Source of the DNA: Clostridiaceae bacterium
Lineage (GTDB): Bacteria > Bacillota > Clostridia > Saccharofermentanales > DTU023
Reading direction: 5' to 3'
Assembly (NCBI GenBank): GCA_012838795.1
Contig: DUOO01000003.1
Coordinates: 69,663-133,662, forward strand
DNA length: 64,000 nucleotides
The translations under genes and the position numbers were made by a program. Below the pieces are notes generated by a model. It was not told the DNA's origin and did no database searches. It saw nothing but the letters and a program-made list of their open reading frames with translations. This document shows positions 51,228 to 61,931 of this stretch, piece after piece (position 1 is the first letter of the stretch; the number at the start of each line of letters is the position of its first letter).

Positions 51228-54200
51228 ATGAAATTTACGCATTTACATTTACATACTGAATATAGTTTACTGGACGGGGCAAATCGGATTTCCGATTTGG
51301 CTCCCCGTCTTCTTGAATTAGGCATGGATTCCTGTGCAATTACTGATCATGGTGTAATGTACGGTGTGATTGACTTCTATCGAACGATGCGAGCAAACGG
51401 CATTAAACCGATTATCGGTTGTGAAGTCTATGTCGCAAAAAGAGGACATGAAGATAAAGTCAGCGGTATCGATAACCAATCATACCACTTAGTACTTTTA
51501 GCAGAAAACAATCAAGGTTATAAAAACTTAATGAAATTGGTGTCCTGCGGATTTTTAGAAGGTTTTTATTATAAACCGCGGATAGATTTCGGTCTGTTAG
51601 AAAAACATCATGAAGGACTGATCTGTCTCAGTGCATGTTTGAGCAGTGAGTTGGCTCGAACTTTCCTGGAAAGAGGCTATGAAGAGGCAAAACAGGTTGC
51701 TCTAAAATATGATGACTTATTCGGGCATAATAATTATTTCCTGGAAGTTCAGGCCAATGATTTACCGGATCAATTGAAATATAATCAGGCGCTTATCCGC
51801 ATGAGTCGTGAAACGGGCATACCCATGGTTGCAACGAACGATTGTCATTATCAGACTAAAGAATCTGCATATGCACATGAAGTCCTGCTGTGTATGCAAA
51901 CCGGGAAAAAATTGAAAGATGAAGATCGGCTGCGTATGGATACCGATCATTTTTATATTAAATCGCCGGAAGAAATGCTTGCAGCATTTGCCGATATACC
52001 TGAAGTTATTATGAATACGCAAGTTATTGCTGAACGTTGTAATGTTGAAATTCCTTTCAATAAAATGCATTTACCGAAATTTGTGCCTGATGACGGATCG
52101 AGCAGTGCAGATTATATCAGAAGAATTGCCTTGGAAGGTTTGGAAGAGCGTCTTCGATTCAAACAAAGCGACCGGCCACCTGAAGTCTACTATGAACGTT
52201 TAACAAGGGAATTAGATGTAATTCAAAATATGGGTTATGTTGACTATTTCCTGATTGTCTGGGACTTTGTACGATTTGCCCATGAAAACAAGATTATGGT
52301 CGGTCCGGGCAGAGGTTCCGGCGGCGGATCTTTGGTAGCTTATGCGTTGAGAATTACAAATATCGATCCTTTACAATTTAATCTGTTATTTGAACGTTTT
52401 TTGAATCCTGAACGAGTAAGCATGCCGGATTTCGATTTAGACTTTTGTTATGAAAGACGCGGCGAATTAATTGAATATGTAACTGATAAGTATGGTTCGG
52501 ATCATGTCTGCCAAATCATCACATTCGGTACTTTGGCGGCACGTCAATCAATCCGCGATGTAGCCAGAGTTCTGGATGTATCTTTTGCTGAAACAAGTCG
52601 GATTGTCAAAATGATTCCCGATATTTTGAATATTACGCTTAAGGATGCTTTGGCTAAAAGCAGTGACTTGAAATACGATTATGATAATAATGAACAGACT
52701 AAAGAAATTATAGATTTAGCTCTGCAGTTTGAGGGTATGCCGCGACATGCATCTACTCATGCTGCCGGGGTAGTAATCGCCGATTGTCCGATTGTTGAAG
52801 TAGCTCCGTTGTCACTTAATGATGAGTCGGTAGTTGTTCAATTTGATAAAGATATTATTGAAGATATCGGCTTAATCAAAATGGATTTTTTAGGGTTGCG
52901 TACTTTGACTGTAATGCGCGATACAGCCGACATGGTTCGCGACAATCATGGAATAAATATTAATTTTGATCAGATTCCGTTTGATGACAGTAATGTTTAT
53001 AAAATGTTAAGCGATGGTGATACGGCAGGTGTTTTCCAATTAGAGTCTTCCGGTATGACGAGCTTTATCAAAGAAATGCAACCGAAGAACCTGGAAGATA
53101 TTATAGCCGGCATTTCTTTGTATCGTCCGGGGCCGATGGAACAGATTCCGAAATATGTTCGTTGTTTACATAATCCTGAGACTATTTCTTATGATCATCC
53201 TTTATTAATACCCATTTTAGACATGACTTACGGTTGCATTGTCTATCAAGAGCAGGTTATGCAAATAGTACGTGAACTTGCGGGATTTTCAATGGGACAA
53301 GCAGATAATGTCAGGCGTGCAATGTCTAAGAAAAAACCGGAAGAGATGGCAAAATATAAGGATTTGTTCATTTATGGCGGAACAGATGAAAATGGTAATC
53401 CGGTAAAAGGTGCGATTAAGAACGGTGTTTCAGAAAAAATTGCCGATCAGATTTTTGAAGAAGTACAAGCCTTTGCCGGATATGCATTCAATAAATCACA
53501 TGCGGCAGGTTATGCTGTTTTAGCTTATCAGACAGCATGGCTGAAATATTATTATCCGGTAGAATTCATGGCTGCAATGCTGAATTCATTCTTGGGTAAT
53601 TTGGATAAAGCGGCAAATTACATACGAGTATGCAATAATGCAGGCATTCCGATTTTGCCTCCTGATATTAATAAAAGTCATGCCAGATTTAAGCCTGAGG
53701 AAAATGGCATCAGGTTTGCTCTGGGTGGAATTAAAAATGTCGGAATCAAAGCTATTTCTCAAGTAATTGAAGAACGCAATAAAAATGGTGAATTCAAAAC
53801 TTTCGGCGATTTTATTTCCAGAATAAGCAATTATGATGTCAATCGTAAAATTGTCGAGAGCTTAATTAAATCATCCGCTTTAGATGTTTTTAAGATTCCT
53901 CGGGTTCAGTTGATGGCTGTACATGAAGATTTCATGAACAGCATCCAGCGATCGAAACAGCAATCGATGGCAGGACAATTGAGTTTGTTTGATTTTGATA
54001 CAATCTCCGATGCAAAGATTGTGGAACCTAAATATCAACCGACATTAGAAGAATATTCCCTGTCCAGACGACTGGAGATGGAAAAAGAAGTATTGGGTGT
54101 TTATATTAGCGGCCATCCTTTAGATGATTATCAGACTGCGATCAACAATTTGGTTACTTTGCAAAGTTCAAAACTTATGTTAAAAGAAAATTTGGATGAC

Positions 54201-54923
54201 CGGACAGAAACTGCGGATGATTTATTAATTGAACAACAGGTTTTAGCCGTAGTTGATCGCCAAAAAGTAATTATGGCGGGAATTATTGTAGCTAAACAGG
54301 AATTATTGACCAGATCGAATGAAAGAATGGCTTTTGTAATGCTTGAGGATTTGGAGGGAACTTTCGAGTTAGTTGTATTTCCGAAACTTTTTGCCGATGT
54401 CAGATTTTTATTAGTTGAAAATAAAGTATTATTGATTGCCGGACAAGTAAGTTTGAGGGATGATCAAAATCCTAATATTATTGCTGATCACATTATCGAA
54501 CTAGATCCTGATCAATTTCAATTACCTCCGAGCATGGATTCTTATTTAAGCGGAGTAAGCAACAATAATAATATTATTAAATATCGCAACAGTGTTGCTG
54601 AAAATGAGAGTTTTAATTCAAATAATTATCAAACTGAATTGATTATGGAATCCGATTCAATTAACAATCCGACTGAACAATTTAATACGCAAATCGATGG
54701 AGAAATCTTGAAGTTATGTATTAAGTGGGAACAGGAATTAGATACGGAAGAAACAAAAGTCTTGTTTTCTATGTTGGATTACTTTTCAGGTGATACTCCG
54801 GTTTATTTGTTTAATTCGCAAATCAAGCGAGCAATAAATCTTGATCAACCGAAGTATTTTGATTTGAATTATTTAGAACAATTAACCAAAAGATACAATA
54901 TAGAGAGATTTTTGATAATTTAA
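51228..54923 (+). CDS. dnaE: DNA polymerase III alpha subunit
   Basis: 1231-aa ORF with PHP domain FTHLHLHTEYSLLDGA, palm/fingers motifs (PDFDLDF, GLIKMDFLGLRTL) and an OB fold. The C-terminal region is Asn-rich. Confidence 0.96.
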   Translation: MKFTHLHLHTEYSLLDGANRISDLAPRLLELGMDSCAITDHGVMYGVIDFYRTMRANGIKPIIGCEVYVAKRGHEDKVSGIDNQSYHLVLLAENNQGYKNLMKLVSCGFLEGFYYKPRIDFGLLEKHHEGLICLSACLSSELARTFLERGYEEAKQVALKYDDLFGHNNYFLEVQANDLPDQLKYNQALIRMSRETGIPMVATNDCHYQTKESAYAHEVLLCMQTGKKLKDEDRLRMDTDHFYIKSPEEMLAAFADIPEVIMNTQVIAERCNVEIPFNKMHLPKFVPDDGSSSADYIRRIALEGLEERLRFKQSDRPPEVYYERLTRELDVIQNMGYVDYFLIVWDFVRFAHENKIMVGPGRGSGGGSLVAYALRITNIDPLQFNLLFERFLNPERVSMPDFDLDFCYERRGELIEYVTDKYGSDHVCQIITFGTLAARQSIRDVARVLDVSFAETSRIVKMIPDILNITLKDALAKSSDLKYDYDNNEQTKEIIDLALQFEGMPRHASTHAAGVVIADCPIVEVAPLSLNDESVVVQFDKDIIEDIGLIKMDFLGLRTLTVMRDTADMVRDNHGININFDQIPFDDSNVYKMLSDGDTAGVFQLESSGMTSFIKEMQPKNLEDIIAGISLYRPGPMEQIPKYVRCLHNPETISYDHPLLIPILDMTYGCIVYQEQVMQIVRELAGFSMGQADNVRRAMSKKKPEEMAKYKDLFIYGGTDENGNPVKGAIKNGVSEKIADQIFEEVQAFAGYAFNKSHAAGYAVLAYQTAWLKYYYPVEFMAAMLNSFLGNLDKAANYIRVCNNAGIPILPPDINKSHARFKPEENGIRFALGGIKNVGIKAISQVIEERNKNGEFKTFGDFISRISNYDVNRKIVESLIKSSALDVFKIPRVQLMAVHEDFMNSIQRSKQQSMAGQLSLFDFDTISDAKIVEPKYQPTLEEYSLSRRLEMEKEVLGVYISGHPLDDYQTAINNLVTLQSSKLMLKENLDDRTETADDLLIEQQVLAVVDRQKVIMAGIIVAKQELLTRSNERMAFVMLEDLEGTFELVVFPKLFADVRFLLVENKVLLIAGQVSLRDDQNPNIIADHIIELDPDQFQLPPSMDSYLSGVSNNNNIIKYRNSVAENESFNSNNYQTELIMESDSINNPTEQFNTQIDGEILKLCIKWEQELDTEETKVLFSMLDYFSGDTPVYLFNSQIKRAINLDQPKYFDLNYLEQLTKRYNIERFLII

Positions 54924-55018
54924 CGCAAACCAAATAATTTGTTCAGTAAAAAAATGTATAATTACGTTAATAATAACTGAGACAAATCGATTTTTTTTCA
55001 GATTAAAGGAGACGTCAA

Positions 55019-55999
55019 ATGGCACAATCACAAACGATTAAAACAATAGGAATATTGACAAGTGGCGGTGATGCTCCCGGGATGAACGGAGTGATCCGAG
55101 CCGTCACCAGAACGGCGATTAATTATGGTATACGAGTCATGGGGATTCGCAGAGGATTTCACGGATTATGGCGAGGTGATGTTGCTGAATTGGATGCCCG
55201 TTCGGTTTCAGATAAATCCAGAGTAGGCGGTACTTTTTTAATGACTGCCCGCAGTAAGACTTTTATTACTCAGGAAGGATTGCAGCAAGCTCAGAAGATG
55301 ACACAGGTTTTCGGACTTGATGCACTGGTGACGGTTGGTGGTGACGGTACAATGCGTGGAGCCGGTGACCTGGCAAAATTGCAGGTACCGGTTATTCATA
55401 TTCCGGCAACTATTGATAATGATGTCGGATGCACGGACTATACAATAGGTTTTGATTCTGCACTTAATACTGCCATCAATTGTGTGGATAAATTGCGAGA
55501 TACGGCATCTTCGCATGAAAGATGTTCAGTAATTGAAGTGATGGGGCGTGAAGCGGGATATTTGGCATTGCATGTCGGCATTGCTACCGGCGCAGAAATT
55601 ATTTTGATTCCCGAGCAACCTTTTGATCGCGATAAAGATATTATCGGTAAAATTTTATCGGCCCGAAATCGAGGAAAACAACATTATATTGTTGTGGTTG
55701 CCGAAGGTGCTGCCAGAGGTGAAGAAGTTGCTCAATATATTGAAAAAAATACGGGAACAGAGGCCAGAGCGACTGTTCTGGGTTATTTGCAGCGTGGTGG
55801 AAGTCCGACTTATCAAGATCGCTATTTGGCATCTATGTTCGGTATTCAAGCTGTGAAAGCATTGATGGAAAATAGAGTTAATCGTGTTGTTGTATTAAAG
55901 CAAGGAGAAGTTACAGATATTGATCTGTTGGAAGGATTGGAAACAACAAAGAAAATTACTGCAGAAAGTATGAAAAAGGCAAATATACTTTCAATTTAA
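55019..55999 (+). CDS. pfkA: ATP-dependent 6-phosphofructokinase
   Basis: 326-aa ORF with GILTSGGDAPGMNG, GGDGT, PATIDND and MGR. Confidence 0.95.
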   Translation: MAQSQTIKTIGILTSGGDAPGMNGVIRAVTRTAINYGIRVMGIRRGFHGLWRGDVAELDARSVSDKSRVGGTFLMTARSKTFITQEGLQQAQKMTQVFGLDALVTVGGDGTMRGAGDLAKLQVPVIHIPATIDNDVGCTDYTIGFDSALNTAINCVDKLRDTASSHERCSVIEVMGREAGYLALHVGIATGAEIILIPEQPFDRDKDIIGKILSARNRGKQHYIVVVAEGAARGEEVAQYIEKNTGTEARATVLGYLQRGGSPTYQDRYLASMFGIQAVKALMENRVNRVVVLKQGEVTDIDLLEGLETTKKITAESMKKANILSI

Positions 56000-56022
56000 T
56001 AATTGATGATTTTTAAGAACTG

Positions 56023-58443
56023 ATGATTGAACAACATAGTTTAGAAGTTTTAGAATTTAATAAGATAATTGAGCAACTGGCAGTACAAGCATATTCCATT
56101 CCCGGCAAGACTTTGTGTTCCGATTTGCTGCCGGCAAGAAGTTTTGAACAAATGCAGGCCGAACTGGATGAAACAAGTGATTTAGTTTCGTATTTAATCT
56201 ATGAGCCGGAGTTCCCTTTGTCCGGTCTTGAAGAGATAAGACCATTAATCGGGAAAACAAAAACCGGGGTTGTACTTGAATTACGGGAATTGAATCGCTT
56301 TGTCAGATTTTTATCGTTGGTAGATTCAGTCAGAAAAAGATTGACGGATGCTCGTTTGAAACAGGAGCGAACTTATATGTTTTTCAACCGGATTCAGTAT
56401 TTGGATGCACTACCGAGCCTGGCAGCCAGATTACAACAATGTATTGCCGGTGATGATGAAATTTTTGACCGTGCGACACCTGAATTATTTTCTATTCGAC
56501 GTAAAATTCTTAATACTCAAGAAAACATCAAAATTCAATTAAATCGGATTGTTAATAATAAGAGCAATTTTCTGCAAGATGCACTTATAACAATACGAAG
56601 CGGCAGATATGTAGTTCCTGTAAAAGCCGAGCATCGTTCGGAAATTCCCGGAGTTGTCCACGATACTTCCGGTTCCGGTGCAACGGTTTTCATTGAACCC
56701 TTGGCGGTCGTTGAATTAAACAATAAAATTCGCGAGTTGGAAATTGAGGAACGAGATGAGATTTATCGAATTTTACAGGAATTGTCTGAGAGAATTGCTC
56801 AATCAGCAGATGTTTTAAAATATAATGCAGATATTCTGGCACATCTGGATTTTGTACAGGCAAAAGCAAAATTATCTTTTCAGATGAAAGCAATTTCTCC
56901 TGAACTTAATGATCAAGGGCGTATTGTGTTATACAACGCAAGGCATCCGTTGATACCTGCCAAAGATGTTGTGCCGATATATTTTGAGTTAGGCACGGAA
57001 TTCAATACACTGGTAATTACGGGACCTAATACAGGTGGTAAGACGGTAAGCTTAAAAACTTGCGGTCTGTTTGTGCTGATGGCGATGGCGGGACTTCATA
57101 TCCCTGCCGACAGCAATTCACAAATATCTTTTTTTAATCAGGTTTTGGCTGATATCGGAGATGAGCAGAGTATAGAACAAAACCTAAGTACTTTTTCTTC
57201 GCATCTCAAACAATTGATTTACATAATCGATAAAGCCGGTCCATCAACTTTAGTTTTGACAGATGAACTCGGTGCAGGTACAGATCCTTCTGAAGGCGCT
57301 GCTTTAGCGATTGCAATTTTGGATTATTTGCGTCAAGCCGGATGTCATATTGTGGCGACTACCCATTATCGGGAATTAAAAGGCTATGCATTGAACACAG
57401 AATCTGTAAATAATGCATGCTGTGAATTTGATGATATTAATCTACAGCCGACTTACAAATTATTGATAGGAGTTCCCGGAGTAAGTAATGCTTTTAAGAT
57501 TTCTCAGAGACTTGGTCTTAATTCTGAAATTATTGCTGCCGCTGAACAATTACTATCTGATGAAAATATCAAGTTCGAAGAAATGATTGCCGCGATTGAG
57601 GCATCACATCAAAAAGCACAAACCATGCAAGATGAAATTCAGAGTCTGCAAAGAGAAAGTCTGAAGCAAAAACAAAACTTGGAAAATGAGCGTAGACAAT
57701 TGATAGCTGCCAGAGAAAAAGCGATTAACTCTGCTCAACAGGAAGCAGCTGATATTATTCAATCTGCCAGACTTGAAGTAGATCAATTATTAACTCAATT
57801 AAAAGCAGATATTGCTCAAGCTCAAAGTTCAAAAGAAAAACAAAATGCCCAAAAATCTGCCAGAGAGGCAGAAAGACAATTATCCGAAAGCGGTAAAAAA
57901 ATAGAGCTTGAAATATGTAATAATCAAAAAAACAGTCAACTTGATCCGGCTTTAACTGCCGAGGATATTATTGCAGGTGAATATTATTATTCAGTTTTAT
58001 TTAATATTACCGGTCAAGCTTTAACAAAGCCGGATAACAAAGATCAAGTTTCACTAAAAAGCGGTACGCTGACGATCAATGTACCGCTGAGTTCATTGCG
58101 TCTTGCTGATAAAGATCGAAATAATTTCCAAACTACATACAGTGAACAGGCCAGAACTGAACGTAATTCAACCAGAAAAATAATCAGTGAACGTAAAATG
58201 ATGTTTGAATCGGAATTAAAATTGCTGGGATGTACGGTTGACGAAGCCTTATATAAAATGGACGAATTTATCGATAATGCTGTTTTGGCAAATATTCCGG
58301 TTATACGTATAGTCCATGGAAAAGGGACCGGTGCTTTAAGACAGGCAGTACATAACACCTTAAAACAGGATAAAAGGATTAAGGCCTTTCGCTTAGCAGG
58401 GCCGGGTGAGGGAGACTCCGGAGTGACCATAGTAGAATTTTGA
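56023..58443 (+). CDS. mutS2: Endonuclease MutS2 (MutS-II ATPase with C-terminal Smr domain)
   Basis: 806-aa ORF with Walker A GPNTGGKT, a long coiled coil and Smr motif IRIVHGKGTGALRQAV. Confidence 0.93.
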   Translation: MIEQHSLEVLEFNKIIEQLAVQAYSIPGKTLCSDLLPARSFEQMQAELDETSDLVSYLIYEPEFPLSGLEEIRPLIGKTKTGVVLELRELNRFVRFLSLVDSVRKRLTDARLKQERTYMFFNRIQYLDALPSLAARLQQCIAGDDEIFDRATPELFSIRRKILNTQENIKIQLNRIVNNKSNFLQDALITIRSGRYVVPVKAEHRSEIPGVVHDTSGSGATVFIEPLAVVELNNKIRELEIEERDEIYRILQELSERIAQSADVLKYNADILAHLDFVQAKAKLSFQMKAISPELNDQGRIVLYNARHPLIPAKDVVPIYFELGTEFNTLVITGPNTGGKTVSLKTCGLFVLMAMAGLHIPADSNSQISFFNQVLADIGDEQSIEQNLSTFSSHLKQLIYIIDKAGPSTLVLTDELGAGTDPSEGAALAIAILDYLRQAGCHIVATTHYRELKGYALNTESVNNACCEFDDINLQPTYKLLIGVPGVSNAFKISQRLGLNSEIIAAAEQLLSDENIKFEEMIAAIEASHQKAQTMQDEIQSLQRESLKQKQNLENERRQLIAAREKAINSAQQEAADIIQSARLEVDQLLTQLKADIAQAQSSKEKQNAQKSAREAERQLSESGKKIELEICNNQKNSQLDPALTAEDIIAGEYYYSVLFNITGQALTKPDNKDQVSLKSGTLTINVPLSSLRLADKDRNNFQTTYSEQARTERNSTRKIISERKMMFESELKLLGCTVDEALYKMDEFIDNAVLANIPVIRIVHGKGTGALRQAVHNTLKQDKRIKAFRLAGPGEGDSGVTIVEF

Positions 58444-58488
58444 ATATTATCAAGATAAAATGACATTCTGAATTTAATCAAAAATATC

Positions 58489-58516
58489 TTGTATAATTTA
58501 ACAAAAATAGTATAAT
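58489..58516 (+). promoter_or_regulatory. Candidate promoter for the glg operon
   Basis: TTGTAT (58489-58494), 16 nt, TATAAT (58511-58516). A second TATAAT lies at 58492-58497. Confidence 0.35.
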
Positions 58517-58548
58517 TGACTTAACCAATAATAAGGGAGATTGCACAA

Positions 58549-60615
58549 ATGGAAATGGATCTTGCTTATCTGTTCAATATGGGTAAGAACTACATGAGCT
58601 ACAATATTTTAGGTTCGAAACCTGAAATCAATGCTGAAGGAGAACAGGGATATCGATTTGGAGTCTGGGCACCAAATGCAAAAAAAGTTTGCGTCGTAGG
58701 TGATTTCAACGAATGGCAAGAAGATCGTAATAAGTTGGAACCATATGGAGCAACCGGAATCTGGATCGGATTTATTCCTGATTTGGAACAGTGGGAAAGA
58801 TATAAATACGGAATCTTAACTCAAAATGATGAATGGATTCTCAAAGCGGATCCGTATGCCCGCCATGCTGAAACCAGACCCGGTACGGCATCGATTCTTT
58901 ATGATCCTGATGATTACACTTGGCAGGATCAAGAATATATGGCAAATAGGGTTGATGCATACGAATTAAGTCCTCTGAATATTTATGAAGTACATATAGG
59001 ATCTTGGAGGCGTTATCCGGACGGTTCGGTCTATAACTATCGTGACATTGCTGATCAATTGGCAGATTACGTACTGGAAATGGGCTATAATGCAATTGAA
59101 TTGATGCCGATTTCCGAGTATCCGCTCGATGCTTCCTGGGGCTATCAGGTAACCGGCTACTATGCTGCAACCAGCAGATACGGAACTCCGGCAGATCTGA
59201 AATACTTTGTAGATCATATGCATCAAAAAGGTATCCATGTTTTCTTAGATTGGGTGCCGGCACATTTTCCGAAAGATGCTTTCGGTTTGGCTAAATTTGA
59301 TGGTGAACCGCTATATGAATATGCAAATCCATTACTTGGCGAGCATGAAGATTGGGGAACACTGGTTTTTGATTTTTCCAAGGGCGAAGTAAGATCTTTT
59401 TTATTATCCAATGCTTATTTCTGGTTGGACGAATTTCATTTTGACGGATTACGGGTTGATGCTGTCAGCTCCATGATTTATCGAGATTATTCACGTAATG
59501 AATATATTCCGAATATTCATGGCGGTAACGAAAATCTTGAAGCGATTTCTTTTTTGCAGGAATTAAATACTATTATCAGAGAAGATTTTCCGGGTGCCGT
59601 TACAATGGCGGAAGAGTCGACTGCATTTCCGTATATGACGACCGGAGTTGATCAAGGTGGCATCGGATTTATCTATAAATGGAATATGGGATGGATGAAT
59701 GATACTTTATTTTTTAACTCTTTGGATCATTATCAAAGAGAGTTCCATCACAATGCCTTTACTTTTTCTATGGTCTATGCATTCTCAGAACGATATATCT
59801 TGCCCTTTTCACATGATGAAGTCGTACATGGCAAAGGAACGTTGATCGGCAGAATGGCCGGAGATTATTGGCGTCAATTTGCCAACTTGAGAGCCATTTA
59901 CACCTATCAAATTGCCCATCCGGGAGCAAAATTGAATTTTATGGGTAATGAATTCGCTCCGTTTACTGAATGGCGTTACTATGAAGAGCTTGAATGGTTT
60001 ATGCTTGAATATCCGGCACATAATGAAATTCATAAATATGTAAAAACTCTAAATCATCTTTATCTTGATACACCTGCTTTATGGGAAGAAGATAACGATT
60101 GGCACGGATTCAAATGGGTTCAAGCTGATGATTCAAAAAACAGCGTTTTTGCTTTCTTGCGTTTTAATTCGGCTCATGATGAAGCGGTACTTTGTGTATT
60201 AAATATGACTCCAGGTGTTGTTCCGGAATATACCTTGACGATGCCTTTTGCGGGTGAGTTCGAATTGATTTTAAATTCCGATGATGAAGAATTCGGCGGC
60301 AGTAATTACTTGGGCGGTTTTGATAATAAGCGTATTTATCAAACTTATGAATATTATATTTATCCTGAATCTGATGAAAATGAATCAGAAGAATTAAATG
60401 AAATAGAGAAAGAAGATGAATTGCTCAGCAAATCAATCAAGATTAATTTAAAAGATAGGCCTGATCCTGAACCGGAATATCTGCCGGATAGTCCGGAAGA
60501 TGATCAGACAGATGAATTGGAACCAATTGAAGTTGTGCATCGCTTAGATATTGTAGTGCCACCGCTGTGTGGAATGCTATTTAAGTGGTCTGAAGAGGAA
60601 AAACAGAAAGAATAA
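58549..60615 (+). CDS. glgB: 1,4-alpha-glucan branching enzyme
   Basis: 688-aa GH13 ORF with FHFDGLRVDAV, EESTAFP and FSHDEV. It carries an acidic insert near the C-terminus. Confidence 0.95.
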   Translation: MEMDLAYLFNMGKNYMSYNILGSKPEINAEGEQGYRFGVWAPNAKKVCVVGDFNEWQEDRNKLEPYGATGIWIGFIPDLEQWERYKYGILTQNDEWILKADPYARHAETRPGTASILYDPDDYTWQDQEYMANRVDAYELSPLNIYEVHIGSWRRYPDGSVYNYRDIADQLADYVLEMGYNAIELMPISEYPLDASWGYQVTGYYAATSRYGTPADLKYFVDHMHQKGIHVFLDWVPAHFPKDAFGLAKFDGEPLYEYANPLLGEHEDWGTLVFDFSKGEVRSFLLSNAYFWLDEFHFDGLRVDAVSSMIYRDYSRNEYIPNIHGGNENLEAISFLQELNTIIREDFPGAVTMAEESTAFPYMTTGVDQGGIGFIYKWNMGWMNDTLFFNSLDHYQREFHHNAFTFSMVYAFSERYILPFSHDEVVHGKGTLIGRMAGDYWRQFANLRAIYTYQIAHPGAKLNFMGNEFAPFTEWRYYEELEWFMLEYPAHNEIHKYVKTLNHLYLDTPALWEEDNDWHGFKWVQADDSKNSVFAFLRFNSAHDEAVLCVLNMTPGVVPEYTLTMPFAGEFELILNSDDEEFGGSNYLGGFDNKRIYQTYEYYIYPESDENESEELNEIEKEDELLSKSIKINLKDRPDPEPEYLPDSPEDDQTDELEPIEVVHRLDIVVPPLCGMLFKWSEEEKQKE

Positions 60616-60651
60616 ATCAAACAATTATAATTAACGAAAAGAGGTGCTTTC

Positions 60652-61920
60652 ATGCCAAAACAACAAATGATTGCTATGATTTTAGCAGGCGGACAGGGTT
60701 CACGACTGGGAGTGTTGACCGAATACATTGCAAAACCGGCTGTACCTTTCGGAAGTAAGTATAGGATTATTGATTTTGCTCTCAGTAATTGTACGAATTC
60801 TGGAATTGAAACAGTTGGTGTATTGACCCAGTACTCTCCCTTAGAGTTAAACTCGTATATCGGAAACGGATATTCTTGGGATTTAGATCGCAACTTAGGC
60901 GGTCTATCAATTTTACCTCCATATCAAAGTCTCGAAGGAAGTGATTGGTATAAGGGTACGGCAAATTCGATATATCAAAATATAACATTTATTGATAATC
61001 ATAATCCGGATTATGTCTTGGTGCTTTCCGGAGACCATATTTATAAACAAGATTATCGTCAAATGTTACGTGCTCATATCGAAGCTAAGGCCGCTGCGAC
61101 CATTGCCGTCAGAGAAGTTCCGTGGGAAGAAGCATCCCGTTTCGGAATTATGAATACGGATGAAGAAGGCAATATTCTTGAGTTTGAGGAAAAACCGGCA
61201 AATCCCAAAAGTAACTTAGCATCGATGGGTGTTTATATTTTCACTTGGAAAACTCTCCGTGCACATTTAATCGCTGATGAGAATAATCCGGATTCACGTA
61301 ACGATTTCGGTCAAAACATTATTCCCGCAATGCTGGCAGATAGAGAAACAATGCTGGCATTCACATTTGATGGCTATTGGAAAGATGTCGGAACAATTTT
61401 CTCGCTCTGGGAAGCTAATATGGATTTATTAGATCGTCCGCAAGAAATTAATTTACAGGATGCAATGTGGAGGATCTATAGTCGCAGTACATTACAGCCT
61501 TCACATTATATCGGAGAAAATGCTTCAATTATTGACAGTATTTTAACCGACGGTGTTGAAGTGTATGGGAATGTGAAACATTCAATTATATCAAGCGGTG
61601 CAGTGGTCGAAGAAGGTGCTGAAATCAAAGATTCTATTTTGATGCCGGGTGCTGTAGTCAAAAAGGGATGTAAAATTGACAAATGTATTATTGGTATCGA
61701 CACAATAATCGGCGAAAACGTAGAAGTAGGAGTTACTGTGAAAGACGGTCGAGCTGATTTTGTCAATAAGAAATTTTGCAGTGACGGAATAACCGTATTC
61801 GGCAGCGGACTTGTGATTGCCGATAATGTCAAGATAATGGCTAATTCAATGTTTTTCCCGGTAGACGAAGGACAAACAAGTGATGTAATCCTTGAAAGTA
61901 CAGTTTTAGGAATTATTTAA
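60652..61920 (+). CDS. glgC: Glucose-1-phosphate adenylyltransferase, catalytic subunit
   Basis: 422-aa ORF with [28 protein letters not shown] and a C-terminal left-handed beta-helix. Confidence 0.95.
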   Translation: MPKQQMIAMILAGGQGSRLGVLTEYIAKPAVPFGSKYRIIDFALSNCTNSGIETVGVLTQYSPLELNSYIGNGYSWDLDRNLGGLSILPPYQSLEGSDWYKGTANSIYQNITFIDNHNPDYVLVLSGDHIYKQDYRQMLRAHIEAKAAATIAVREVPWEEASRFGIMNTDEEGNILEFEEKPANPKSNLASMGVYIFTWKTLRAHLIADENNPDSRNDFGQNIIPAMLADRETMLAFTFDGYWKDVGTIFSLWEANMDLLDRPQEINLQDAMWRIYSRSTLQPSHYIGENASIIDSILTDGVEVYGNVKHSIISSGAVVEEGAEIKDSILMPGAVVKKGCKIDKCIIGIDTIIGENVEVGVTVKDGRADFVNKKFCSDGITVFGSGLVIADNVKIMANSMFFPVDEGQTSDVILESTVLGII

Positions 61921-61931
61921 GGAGGGTATAT

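Noticed and set aside
58612-58622. GGTTCGAAACC, resembling a tRNA T-arm.
   Set aside because: It lies inside the glgB reading frame, and the flanks cannot form acceptor or anticodon stems.
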